A stretch of 64,000 nt of DNA from the NCBI GenBank assembly GCA_030141605.1, contig JAQGDQ010000267.1, positions 249,115-313,114 of the forward strand, written 5' to 3'. A program made the position numbers and the translations under genes. The notes beneath the pieces are model-generated. The model searched no databases and had not been told where the DNA came from. It saw only the letters and a program-made list of their open reading frames with translations. Below are positions 39,542 through 64,000 of the stretch, piece by piece. Numbering within the stretch: position 1 is the first letter of the stretch; each line of letters begins with the position of its first letter. The DNA is from Tubiluchus corallicola. Lineage: Eukaryota > Animalia > Priapulida.

Positions 39542-41189
39542 TGTCACACCTTGATTAGAGAAAAATTAGTGATTAATTAAAAGAAAGTTCGGTAACTTGT
39601 GTCTGGGGCTTTTGTGTTAATTAGGTGCTCATATCAAGGTTATTCCTTCCAGTCTTTGGTATAAAAAACGCTTGCAGAAGCTACAGAAGTTTATATTTTA
39701 ACTTTTTTGCAAAAGTATCTAATATTTGATTTCATAAGTCCAGTCTTCGCTAATAAAAAAACTCTTCATTGAAGAGAATCCCAAAACACAACAATTTAGA
39801 AAAACAAGTGGTTATACGCACAAATGGTGTATGTATGACCAAACAAATGGTCATTGATAAGAGCTGGAATTCATATTCAAAATCTATTTTAAATCTTTCA
39901 AGTTTAGAAATTAATTTTAATTATTAAAAATATTAAAAAAATACTAAAAAATAAATCAAATAATACTAAAAATACTAAATACTAATACGAAAGTATAAAA
40001 TTAGCATTGAAGTCAATAAATAAAGTCTATTTTTTCAATTAGATAATTGAAATTTTTAACTTTAAATTATTAAATTATTAGCAAAAAATTAACTTTAAAT
40101 TTCTGAATTAAAATTTTTTTAATGATTTACATTATCTAAACACTGCTGATAACTACGATGTTTATTTTTACTGTTTCTCGAAGATGCCCTACGAATGGTG
40201 AAACAACATATAAAAACAAAGATGCAAAGTAGAATAGCAGTACAACCTTATCTTCAGTGATAAAAAGAAGAACATCTATTAAAAGCTGCGTGTATTATAA
40301 GATAAGGGAAATGCTAAGTTGTCGCAGCTTGTGTTTAATCACCAAAGTTAAGCAACGCTGAACCTGGAAGTTATATATATATATATATACTCGAACATGA
40401 TTAAGACTGTTAACGGTTCATTCTCTCAACTTAAGGATTATGCTGATAGATTTTACTGCCGCAATCAATTTAATCCCAACAGAAAAATTGGACACTGTCA
40501 TCTAATGGACAGCTTCGTACAAACTTTTTGCTGGGAGTACAAAACCATTTATTACATCAAATGACTGCTGAGGCAAGGTGAATCTATCACGTCCACAATG
40601 TTTGTTGTGACACAACACCCTCCACCCCGTCTCGCAGAACCGGCAGTCTAGAGGGGTATGATCGGTAGCAACGACCTGAAAAATAACGAGTTTAATTATT
40701 TCATTTGAACTGAATCGTCTGAAAATTCTCCAGAAGTCAATCCCGGCAAACACATTGGGGTATCCCGAACGAAGAGGAACGCCAAGACAATAAAAAACCA
40801 CGCCATTGATCAAGATTCAATCGATGAGTTTGTGAGACATCTACGAGATCTGTTGGAGTATTTGAGTTCTTCAAATCACTGCTCCAGTCTATCTGTTTCG
40901 ATATTTTAAGCTGTGCAAGACGTATAAGGCTCCACTTCAAATTTTGAGGGCACGATAGACCTGTTTGTCATGTTGTTTTGGCAATTCTTTGATATAATAC
41001 CAACGTCATCGCAATCAATTTTAAATTTTGTCATCAGTCTCAGTAGTTGCTTTAATGTGTTAATTGCTAATTTAAAATTCCAATTCTACTTTACCTTTGT
41101 TATGGATATCCGTATATCTCATCAGATCTTGTTATATTTGTGACCGTGCAATGTTGTGTTTTTGTTTGCCAATAAATTTTAAGAACCAG

Positions 41190-41325
41190 AGGGTATACGT
41201 ACAAGAACACTAGGGTTATGGAACAAACTACCTGAATACGTACTTAATTCACCCTCACTAAACACCTTCAACAAGAGTCGCTTGTATGAATACTTCGGTA
41301 CCATGAAATATACTCAACTGATCTA
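41190..41325 (+). mobile_element. LINE (CR1/L2-type) ORF2 3' end fragment
   Basis: RTLGLWNKLPEYVLNSPSLNTF/KSRL resembles the WNxLP...SLxxFKxRL terminus. Confidence 0.55.
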
Positions 41326-44300
41326 AAAGACTGCGTTAGTGGGCACTTATTATAAAATTTCAAGACAATGACTGGTAGCTGGTTAATAAATTGTTCTGTA
41401 CGTTAGCTATTACTCGTTATTGCTTAGCAAAAGAACATGCATCACCCTGTAAATGTAGAAAGCATGGATTAACATTGACATAAGAAACATACAGTTACTT
41501 AACAGAAACTTTACCTTATTCGCTATTATTGACTCGCTTGATGTTGATAATGTTGATTTTCATGCACCTAGTCCGTGAAATCATACCACATTAAAGATCT
41601 CCGACATAAACGATAAATTTACAGTGTACCTTAGCAACCATATTTATTACCGATCATTTTTAAAATACTAATTGTAATGTTTACTGTCACATGTATTTTA
41701 CCTAGACCTATTGTAAATACGTGAGTGCGCTGTCTTATATGACCTTGGTAATGATGTTTACTTACACTATGGTCTTGCAGTGGACAAATGGTATAGTTCA
41801 TGTGTATTCTGGTTCAAACTTGAATGGCTTAAATTTGCAGATTACGTTTTATGTTTGTTGGTAAACCTAGTTTTTGATGAATAAATAAAGAATAAAACCG
41901 AACGGAGAAGAATGGAATTGAATAGGAGTAGAACAGCGTAGAACAAAATTGAACAGAGTAGAACAGAAAAGCTAAAACAGAGTAAAGTAGAATAGAGAAG
42001 AAAAGATGGAAATAGACGAAGGGTAATGAAAGAAAAGAGACGAGAGGTGACGAGAAGAGACGATTACTAAACAGAAGGTAAGGAAGGGAAGGGAAGAGGA
42101 GAGGGGAACAGAAGAAAAGAGAATTGAAGAGAAGAGAAAAGAAGAAAAAGAGATAACAGGTAGTACCTGAAAAAGTTTGGAGAATTGCAAGTTCAGCTAC
42201 AACATCAATGATTGTCTGCTTCCAATAACTGAAATGCCAAAGAATCGAGTCGGCGCTTTAAACACTCTCAAACAAGCTTAGAATGTTTACAATTTTAAGA
42301 CAAGTTGTTTATGTTTGTTCAAGTACTTCCGGCTGTCAAATGAATGCCGTCACTTCTTGTCAAACCTGACTCTTCGTTGCTCTTTCTTGTGACTGAGAGT
42401 ATAGATGCCGTGCGCATTGATTGCATGGACACTGCAATCACAGTTAAGTATAAAAACTTTCCTTATACCAATATCTATAAGAGGATACAGTCAGTATATA
42501 TATTTCACCTATGAGCATCAAGTTAAATTTGGTGGATACGAGCTTATGAGCTTATGAAGATATGGTGCATGAAATGGTGGTATTGATTTTTGTAACTTTG
42601 TGGTATTGATTTTTTTTACATTAAAGGAAACAAACCAGTATTGACAATATCAACTCATCTCTCCTGGAATAGATAAACGACCAACGGAAACACAAATTAT
42701 AGTAAGTAAGAAAAACTATCATTGACAATAAAGACAACGCATAACTACCCATAATGTACACATTCATACACACAAGCAACCATACAAGTACTTATGGACA
42801 TCCATCCACTCACACGAAGAATATAAGGTTCTTACTAAAACGGTGTTCACATTACTAATTAACCGGCGGATTAATAAGCTAATAAAAATCAAAACATTTC
42901 GTTTGACGTGATCAAGAATCGCCGAAAGTAGTGCAGCCGTGGAGCTGTAGCCTTGGAAACCACATATTCGTGCACATACAAGAGGATCATGTATGGATTG
43001 TGTTTTCGTCGTCTAGGTGCTTCAAGTTCTAAAATATGGCAGTCTCCACATAGTGATGTCACGCATTCCTGTCCACCGCCACTGCTCACGATGCATCATC
43101 CTCAAGTCTAGAGTTGAATTTCCTAAATCCTTGCAGCATAGCTATGTACGTCAGTAGATGACCCTATTTCTAATTTACGTAATGCTATAGGAAGAGGGAA
43201 CCCTTGGGGTAGTTTTAGTGCATGCTCAATCCAATGTAATCTTCTTACATGTGTTTGTTTATTCCAAGGATTCTTCTTCACCTCATCATACAGATTATTT
43301 CGTTGTTTCCCGAATAAGAAGCTGTGAAGAACTTTAAGTAAACGTTTTTAAATTTTCATTAAAGAAATTAATGAATGTCTTTCCTCCAATGATACGAAAC
43401 AACCGAGAAATTTAAACTTTTACTACAAAACTTTATTATCACATTGCTTATTTTTAAAACCCGTATATGCATAAAAAATAAACGATTTAGATAATGGTAA
43501 AAAACATGATTGACAACCAAATGAATTACATATGTAACAGATATCAATATTAATTTAACACGTATAAAGCAATCAGCTGTTGTCATTAATTGCACAATCT
43601 AAATGGCTTGAATGACTGATTTCATTGATTATTATTTGTACTAAAAAACATACGCGAAAATAGTATTTAAAAATAAACTCCAGTTGTGCCGAAATATATC
43701 TCATTGCAATAATAACACGTTTACAATATAGTAATATGTATATGATGCACGACGTAGGTATCTGTTTTTGTAGTACGTGTAGGTGTCCGTCGTATAGTTT
43801 GGCTCTGCTTGCATCACATTCAGTAAAATTATATTTCAGTAAAAATAGCTTCAACAATGTTACGTATTATTAACAATTAGTACAATTAGTTTAGGGCTCT
43901 GTGAAAGTTATTTGTGAAGTTGAAATTGAACACTTGTAGAAAACAACTAAACACAAGATTGCATGTTTGCACAAAACTGAAACACTTTTATTGCACTAAA
44001 TACACAGTAAAATGCACAAGTAAAATGAAGATCACAACTGCTGCACAGCACTGAGTGTTTGACAGTGTGTCCCATGAGTTGCACGACTGCACTGCCTGAG
44101 ACAGAGAGTCACTAGCAGCGAAATATAGCCAGTTTATATAGGTAGAGAACTATGCAAAAACTTGGCTTCACATATCCCATTACAGTGAAAATAGGGGAGA
44201 TCCAGTGAGTTTGAATATTCACTGGACCGAACAATTGTACTAAGGGTGAGTTGAACTAGTAAAATGTTAAAGTAACTAATCAATAGATGGCAGCACCTAA

Positions 44301-45029
44301 AATATACAGTTACAACTTTTACAGGCTCAGCGTGTAATACAATGATGATTATTTTCACAATGTTGTTTTGTAGCCCGAATTACGTTATGACGATTTGTGC
44401 TACAATCAGAGCTTTCGGTTTCACATTTTTTTTAAAATGGACATTGCTATAAAGAAAAGCAACCTTTATACATCGTTAGATTTTATATTGTCAACTCTAG
44501 GAAGGAGATGTAATGAAATGGTGTCCAAAACGCTGATGAATGTATATTGTTCTGTTGTTCGCGGATACATAGAAGCTAATTTATCATCTTTTGAGCAAGA
44601 AAATATTATAAAAGTTTGAACAACAATATTGCTAGATGAATGTCCTATGAATATTGCTTCATAGAACACAGACTACAGGAATATGCAGGATTATAAACGT
44701 AATGAGAGTGTCAAGGTTTTAATGAATTACTCTGGTATTGTACCAGAAAACTTTCTAATTGATTGCAAAAAATAATTTTTTAAAGAAAATTCAAAGCCCG
44801 AGTTTGAATTTTGCTATTTAATGTTGAATTTTGCTAACGACATTTATTGTCGCTTAAGAAGAAAGCATGGCTTACCTTTAAGCTTTCTGAATGTTAAAAA
44901 GCTAGTTATTAATGTATTTAATGTGTGTTTACAAGATTACCTGTGAAAGATAAATAAAGATTAACAATATTTTGATGTAGTTCGACATATTTATAAATTG
45001 TTTTTCTTATGCACACTAATTTTTCTCTT

Positions 45030-45088
45030 CGTGTGTGTGTGTGTGTGTGTGTGTGCGTGCGTGCGTGCGTGAGTGAGTGAGTGTGTGT

Positions 45089-45169
<81 letters not shown>

Positions 45170-45245
45170 GCGTGTGTGTATGTGTGTGTGCGTGCGTGTG
45201 CGTGTGAGTGTGAGTGTGAGTGTGCGTGTGCGTGTGCGTGTGCGT

Positions 45246-45290
<45 letters not shown>

Positions 45291-45298
45291 TGTGTGTA
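45030..45298. repeat. (GT)n compound microsatellite
   Basis: Direct inspection. Confidence 0.97.
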
Positions 45299-45748
45299 CT
45301 TGTTATAGACGCACACATTAAACTATTTCTTCGTATAGACACTAAACTATTTCTTATTGTATTTTGTGTATAACCTCTACCTAACTTTACCTATCATGGC
45401 ATGTAACAAAAGAACAGTAATGGTAAAAAATGAATCACAATGACTCTTTGCTATTATAGCTAAAATACTAAGCGATGCAGGAAGAAAAATTTCGTGAAAA
45501 CTATAACACTACTAAATAAAGCGGCTGCTGATTTGATTTAGTGAGACGAATAGATGGGATACCAGGTGGAAAATAATAAGATGGTGGTAGGAAGCTGCCT
45601 AATAATGATGGAAGCCAGAAAGGGTGGGAAAACGAGGAGAAAGGGTCGGATAATGTTAATTTATTTAAATACTTACAACAAGGAATAAAAACGTACCCAA
45701 TAATTTAAGCTGAGATTGAGATTAACAACAATTTTAAGTAAGTGGCAG

Positions 45749-45897
<149 letters not shown>

Positions 45898-47178
45898 GGG
45901 TTACAGCATTTAACAATGAACACAACAGTTATTTGTTATTTCTTCATACTGTTTATTTTGTAATTAAATTGAAACTACAAGTTTACATCCAATCCAGAGC
46001 ATGTAACCATAGCAAAATTACATTATGTGAATAAAATTGCCCTGGCTGAAGGATGACTAATAAATTGTGGCATTTGTATGTCTTCGCAAAGCATATGCAA
46101 CATTCAACAGTACCAATTTGTCAGACATTAATGTTGAAATTGTTCAAAGCTTGAATTAAACGCAAGTTGTCGGATGGTCTTTTCCGACTTTCTCGATCGA
46201 CAAATTCGGATATAAATCGGATCGTGAATACCTATCTCCCGACATCAGTCCGACTACAACCAACATGATCCGATTTTTTCGGTCGACGTAAGAACAGGGC
46301 AAGACGTAAGAACTTTATTTCACACATAATCATGATTTACAGTATGTCAGTTTACGAATAAATGTTTAAACATCGTTTAATCATTTCTCCTATCTAAAGT
46401 GAAGTACATAATTTTAATCAGCATTGTAGACAATAATAAAGTTATTTTTACTAGTCTAGTACAATATAATGGTGCTGTTTGTTAAATTGTAATTTTTTTC
46501 AGTTACTGCATAAATTAAACTTTAGATAATATAGAGGCCTAAATTACAAACAGAAAATAAAATAATTATACTAATTTGTAAAGCAGGGAACTTGTGAATT
46601 GCCTTAAATGAAGAAGAAAAAACACATTTACATATGTTTGATCTCAAGATATAAAAAGACAACAATTTTTACATGAAATATAATCACGGACAATTAGAAA
46701 ATACCATAATTGTTTGCTGACATTGAGATATGTAGATTAATTTTGATCGATTATATTAAATAATAGGCATCTACATTAGATTCCGTAATTTTTACGAGTG
46801 AGGATTTGAACGATTAAAATCATGAATTAAAAAAGCACAAAAAGTAATACATAAGAAAGCGAGATAACCACGCGTGCAGAAAGCACTGAAATGCATAAAT
46901 GATAGATTCAGAGTGAGTACGTATTCAATAATATTTTTTATCATTGAAGTCAAATCTGTGCCCGACTTTACCTCAGATGGTAAAGTCTAATTCTTCCAGA
47001 CTTTTGCAGCGTTATGTCGTAGACTATTTAAGCCATAAGATAATTCGAATCGTTTTGAAAAAAATCCTTTACTTGTAGTACTTGTGTGATAAGTGTAGAC
47101 TTTACATGTATAATTAAAACAGTTTTTGAAAAGTTCGGGTGAAAAATTATTATTTTTATCTACTTTTGCTTTGAATTT

Positions 47179-57717
<10,539 letters not shown>

Positions 57718-58045
57718 GGTGAGTGGTAATTCGATATTTCTGTGGAAAAAGCAGTGTAATAGTTATAAAGCTTTGATTACGCTCATTTTCGTAACTTAAA
57801 GCTACACGAGGAAGCCTGCGCGTAAATGACGCAAATTCGCATTATTTGCAATTATCAAACTCCACTGGCCGCAGTGGTTTCTCATGTACATGAAAGCTGA
57901 TACTTTAATGTAGTTCTAATTCGCATATTAATAATATTGCATAAATTGTGAGCAGTCCTGTTAGCAGCAGTAGCTTCGACGCAGAAGGTATGCAATAACT
58001 AAATGAAAGATCAAGGAATGAGTTGTGAGCACAATTGGTTTCTGT

Positions 58046-58777
58046 AAAGTTATGTAAATTCGCTCTTGGCGTCAATAAATTTTCCGTGAATCATGCAGTC
58101 AGGGGAGAGCTGGGTCATTTCGCTCTATACGTAGACGTTATAATTAGGACAATAAAATACTGTCTTAAAAAACTAAATTCTCCACAAAATACATTGATAT
58201 ACCAAACTTACGAAGAAAATAAAAATCTCCTTACCCAAAATACGGGATGTTGGTTACAATTTGTAAGAAAAATTTTACGCCATTTGGGCTTTTCTCATAT
58301 TTGGGAACAGCAAGGGGTCGATCAAACTAAACCTTTTCTACATGCTTTAAAGGAGAAATTACAAACAAATTATAAAATTTACAGGAAGGAATGTGTTACA
58401 AAAGAAACGGGCAAAACAGGCGAAACTAATAAACTATGAACCTACACAAAATGTAAGCAAGAATTTGAAGCTGAAAGGTATCTTCTTTTTATACATAATC
58501 ATGTACTAAGATCGACCTTTACTAAACTGCGTATTAGTCCTCACAACTTGTATATAAAAAAGACCGACATTGTATACCCAAAATACCTGTTAACAATCGA
58601 ATATGTAAACATTGTAATGAAGGAAAAATTGAAGATGAAATGCATTTTACTGTAAAAATTACCATGATCTAAGGTTAAATTTATTCAGTTCCATTGCGAA
58701 AATTTTCACTACTTTTATTAATCTACTTATAGGCCAAAAATTTATTTTACTGTTAAGAGGTAGTGATGAGGTAAAGA
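58046..58777 (+). mobile_element. LINE ORF2 C-terminal fragment (possibly RTE-X-like) between 29-bp direct repeats
   Basis: CKFALGV...AVRGELG; TKLRISPHNL; ICKHCNEGKIEDEMHF; direct repeats at 58017-58045 and 58778-58806. Confidence 0.8.
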
Positions 58778-61604
58778 AATGAGTTGTGAGCAAAATTGGT
58801 TTCTGTTGTGTCCCACTTTCTCCTTTATATTTCTTTTATTTACTGTGTTTCTGTGTTGTTCTTTCTACATGTTTGTATATTTTTAGTGCTAATGAATAAA
58901 AAACAGCTCAAATTATTATACTATTAGTAATTCTGTGTGATTAATTTTCTTTTTTTCACTTAAAGTTAAAGTACAGTAATACTTTGAAACACCACGCTCT
59001 TCTCTCTTTTTTTCCTTGTTTTGTCGTTAAAAATTTATTGGTGTTCTTGTGACCAAATGTTTAAAGAAAAGGACAAATTTAACTATTAACATGTTAGGTT
59101 TATTCTACTACTATCAGTTAAACTGAGAAAAATATAACACAAAATTTGCAAAAAATGTCTATGAAGCACTAAGACAATACGCTGCTTTTCTTCTATGGAT
59201 GAACGACGTCATCGGTGGGAAAATGAGTTTTCAAAATAGCAGCACCCGAGCTTGAAATTAACGCAACTGTAAAGTGACTAAGCGAGGCACTTATCACTTT
59301 TTTAATTAAATCCTTCTAATATTTTTCGCAAATATTGAAATAAGCCTAACTTCCTACAAGAATTGGCCTTTGCTTTAAACTCTGCATAAGTTCAGCTCTT
59401 TTTCGTTTATATACAATCTGCCATATATGATCTTACCTCTAATCCTCAACATAGCACAAGTTCGAATACTTATTTAAGTCATTCTACGCTATGTACTTTG
59501 TATGCTGTGAGCGCCTTACACAAACTATTTAATCAAATATGCATTTAGCATCTCAGCACCTGTTCCGTAGAACTAGGATGAAGCACACTGGAGTCTGGCA
59601 AGCTTATTTTATAAAAAAACATCTTTGTCGTTTCTTTTGAAGTTTTTCTATAACATGTCCTATCGAGCACTATCACCATCGTTACAAGATCTTGAAGTTT
59701 AGTAAGCCTTCTATAATTTAAAATTACTAAAAAAATACAAAATACACTTACAAGTGGAAATAAGCTCCGGCTCGTCCGCTACACTAAACTTGTTTCCTTT
59801 TTTCATTGAAAGGGCCTTTTTATAAGGTTTCCTCGATGTCTGGGGGCAAAATAGCGACATAAACATGTTACACCGCTTAACATGCCACAGCCTGCGTCAC
59901 ATCTTTGAAAAATGAATGAAAAATGTTACAGGCGTTGGCTGTTTTGCTATGGGGCACAAAAATACCGATTAAAGTTGACACGCCCAGCCTGTAGACTTCC
60001 CTGCCTTGACCAGGGTCAAGAAAGGTTAACTGCTACTGCTGTGATTACCAAAGAATTAAACTTTCTGTTTTAGAACTGTCCATGCAAAGAAATTGACTGC
60101 TTTTTGTTACGTGATAATTGCTTTGATACCTAGTAGACGGTATTTTTTTACACTCAGCAGTAACTATTTTTAGCGATGTAGGTCACTTCTTTGACTTTAT
60201 TTGACTTCATTAAAGTCGTAATACTTTGATAATTAAATGCTCAAAGGAAATTTTAGAAAATTGCATATAAGTGTTGCACAAATCTAAATGCTCAATCACG
60301 AAGACGTAACAAGAGGAGAAAGCGTCCCTTAATTAATTTAATGATCATAATTGTTATTCCTCATGTAAAATTTTTTCCTAATTATTATTACATTTTATTT
60401 TCAGAAATCAGGCCAACGATCTTCTTAATTAAAAATTAAATGCTGAATTTCGTTTTTTTTTTGCTTTTAGCTTTTCCCAAAAAAGGTGTGAGGCAATTGT
60501 TTCTTGCCACCAACACGACTTACTCAAAATAACTCAAGTTTTTTAACACGGTAAAGTTTAATAGCAAACCATTTACGTCTTAAAGTAGAAGGTATATCGA
60601 TTTCTCCGAACGGTGCACGCTAAAAATGCACAGGTAAAAATGGCGCACATGTGTTATTTTGATGCAGTTGATTTTTATAATGAAACTGGAATGCGCTCGG
60701 TAGGAAGCAGATCTCTGACAAAACCGAACATTCTTAAACTTATTCGTCTGATCATTTTGATTAAATAAATTTAATACAGAGACAAACAAGCAAACATACA
60801 AAAATGTACCTGTATTAGTACCATACAGACTAGCAAAGACTCACAAAATATATGTTCATTAAATAAGTTGATAATCAATCATGCACAATTGTTCCACATA
60901 GTGCATATCTGCCTTTTAAACCGTTATTTTCGTCGATAGTAATAGAATGACAAATATATATGTATTTACATACCAAGTCGCCTTATAAGGACATTAATAA
61001 GCAAAGGTTATAGAGCGCCTTACACAGTTTTCCAAGCGAGAATTTCTCCAAATGGAACTGGAACTAATTAGTAGTTGTGCGTCCAGGTGGAGATAACAAA
61101 AAAGAAGTACTAAACACTGAAGACCGCCACAAAGTTTTTTCCATGAAAGTTCTTTTGTACGTGGTGTTCGGTTAAGTTTTGTGAAAAAAGAACCCGCGAA
61201 AAGATTCCCATTTTGACACTTTAGACCCGCCTTTTCTCACGAAATTTCTTGTAGTCTGTTCAGGAGACAGTTTTGCGTAATAGACTTACTGCGATAATAA
61301 ACAAAAACAACCAAGCAAATAGACAAAAAACCGTTTTTAAGCTAAACTTTCTTGCAAGATGCAAACATAACTAAAATTAATATCCCTCACAGTAACCCTA
61401 ACTATACCATCATCTCACTACCATTACTTTACTAAGTGTGCCATTTTTACCAACTTTTCCATTTGTGTCATTTTTCCCGTGCGATTTTTACCTGTGTCAT
61501 TTTTACCTATGTCATTTTACCTACTTTTTCATTTGTGCATTTTCTTTCCTGCACCATTTTTACAGTGCCATTTCTTCCTGTGCCATTTTCCCTGTGCCCT
61601 AACT

Positions 61605-62285
<681 letters not shown>

Positions 62286-63714
62286 CCTAACTATACTTTT
62301 TGGTAAAACGCTTGTACCAGCGAATCGACTGCTTTTATAGTTGAACATTTTTATGACCACAGTAACCTGTTGGATAAATAAGTGCTTGGTAAGATCATGT
62401 CGGAATGCTTATCCTTGACTTAAAACTACGGCAGTTTCATAACATTTCTGAAAATTGAATTTTATCGCGCAAACTGAGAATGAATTATTGTTATTACTGT
62501 AGATAGTTTTGTTACTTAAAATACTTTGCAGTTAAAGGGGAAGAAAAGGGATTCTTAAAGAATATCCTAAAAAACTTTCCGTACAAAGTTATATTACTTA
62601 GCATCACACTTACCTTTTTGAAACGCATGTAATAAGAAAAGGAAAGTCTTAATTTAATGTGTTCGCGCCAACTGTGTCACTGACATCACTGGCTCACCAA
62701 AAAAACTATTATTTTTAATGAGTTAGCGAAGAGTACCCTACGAATGTAATGCTACGAATAATACATCACATTCTCAGAGACAACAAAGGCATAGACCTTT
62801 GGTGAGAATTTTATCTTCCAGGTAGGTGGGCTGTTGTTGCAGAAGGAAACCATAATTGTTGTTAACAGAGTGCAAGTTTGTAACAATATAAATATCATTT
62901 TTAATAGATGAATCTGCTTGCTTTTAAATATGAAATATTTTTTTCATTGAGAAAACTATCTTGTAACTAGTATATGTGTATATATCTAAGTTTAGTAACT
63001 TTTTAATTAATTAAAACATGTTACATTTTTTATATTTGTGAATAAAGACAAATGCGAAACTAAATCTCTGTGCCTTTCTTCTCTCTGCGCTGTTAACGAC
63101 CTGTAGTGCAACGATACAAGTTTAGCATTGTGGAAGTTTTAACAATCAATTTTATATGATTTACAGTAAGTTTCTCACTTCATTCTACTTAATATTAAGC
63201 TAAAACCTTGCGATACTCTTAGAAAAACGTCAGACAACACGTCTTATAAGAGCTATCGCAATATAGTTGATCCTTAGTGGCCAGATTGTTTCATTCTATT
63301 ATTAACCCCATACTCGCTTCCGAAAGAGATGGTATTTACCACAAAATGAGGCTCTTACTGCAGCTTCTGATGTGGCCATGTGGGTCCTTTCGCGGAGGTG
63401 TTACTGTAGAATCTACGAAATTCATTCCGCAATAAAACCACACTGGCAATATCAAAGAATCTAGGTCTATTTAAAAATGGATCAAGTGCTGCTCTCAGTA
63501 ATCATGAATGTTAGTTATCTATGAATTTGCTGAAGGAATACTTTTGAGACATATTGTGTGTGTTATACATATCACGCCTATATGATATATTATTCGTTGA
63601 TGTGATTATCTGTGGTGAAAGCAACAGTCAAAGTATCTTAGTATAATTTCTCAGGCGATTACAGGGTTGATAACAAACGTTCTGAATAAAGAAGGAAAGC
63701 AATGAAAACGAACG

Positions 63715-64000
63715 GAATAGAATGAAATGGAATGAAAAAGAAAGAGAGTAAAAAAAATAGAATAGAATAGAATAGAATGGAATGGAATGGAATGGAATGG
63801 AATGGATTGGAACGAAACAGAACAGAGCAGAGCAGAATAGAGTGGAGTGGAGTGGAGTGGAGTGGAGTGGAGTGGAGTGGAGTAGAGTAGAGTAGAGTAG
63901 AGTAGAGTAGAGTAGAGTAGAGTAGAGTAGAGTAGAGTAGAGTAGAGTAGAGTAGAGTAGAGTAGAGTAGAGTAGAGTAGAGTAGAGTAGAGTAGAGTAG
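63715..64000. repeat. Pentanucleotide array (AATAG, AATGG, AGTGG, AGTAG), running off the window
   Basis: Direct inspection. Confidence 0.97.

Noticed and set aside
40500-40950. Possible SGNH-type LINE ORF1 relic (MIGSNDL)
   Set aside because: Single short motif amid stops; too weak to call

Overview
AT-rich, microsatellite-rich metazoan (invertebrate-like) genomic DNA with spliced genes; I reconstructed the exons by hand from GT-AG sites and phases. Intact-looking genes: RSPH1 (MORN repeats plus a long 8-aa-repeat tail, -), a secreted PAN/apple + C-type lectin (-), an LRRCT-EGFx7-TM receptor lacking a visible 5' end (+), a 10-exon OFA-like MFS transporter (-) and a 7-exon chymotrypsin-like protease (-). 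Relics: an LRR-LRRCT-EGF-EGF-Ig pseudogene, a lectin pseudogene whose 3' end seeded a tandem array, an inverted LRR relic, duplicated Ig half-exons and a displaced copy of an MFS exon. Mobile DNA: Gmr1-like Gypsy remnant, LINE fragments, two tRNA SINEs, hAT and other MITE-like elements. Top finding: a ~490-bp internally deleted RTE element with a 19-bp target-site duplication and a twister-ribozyme-like motif at its 5' end, inserted at the YVDD motif of an older LINE. No searches were run; family calls rest on recognised motifs.
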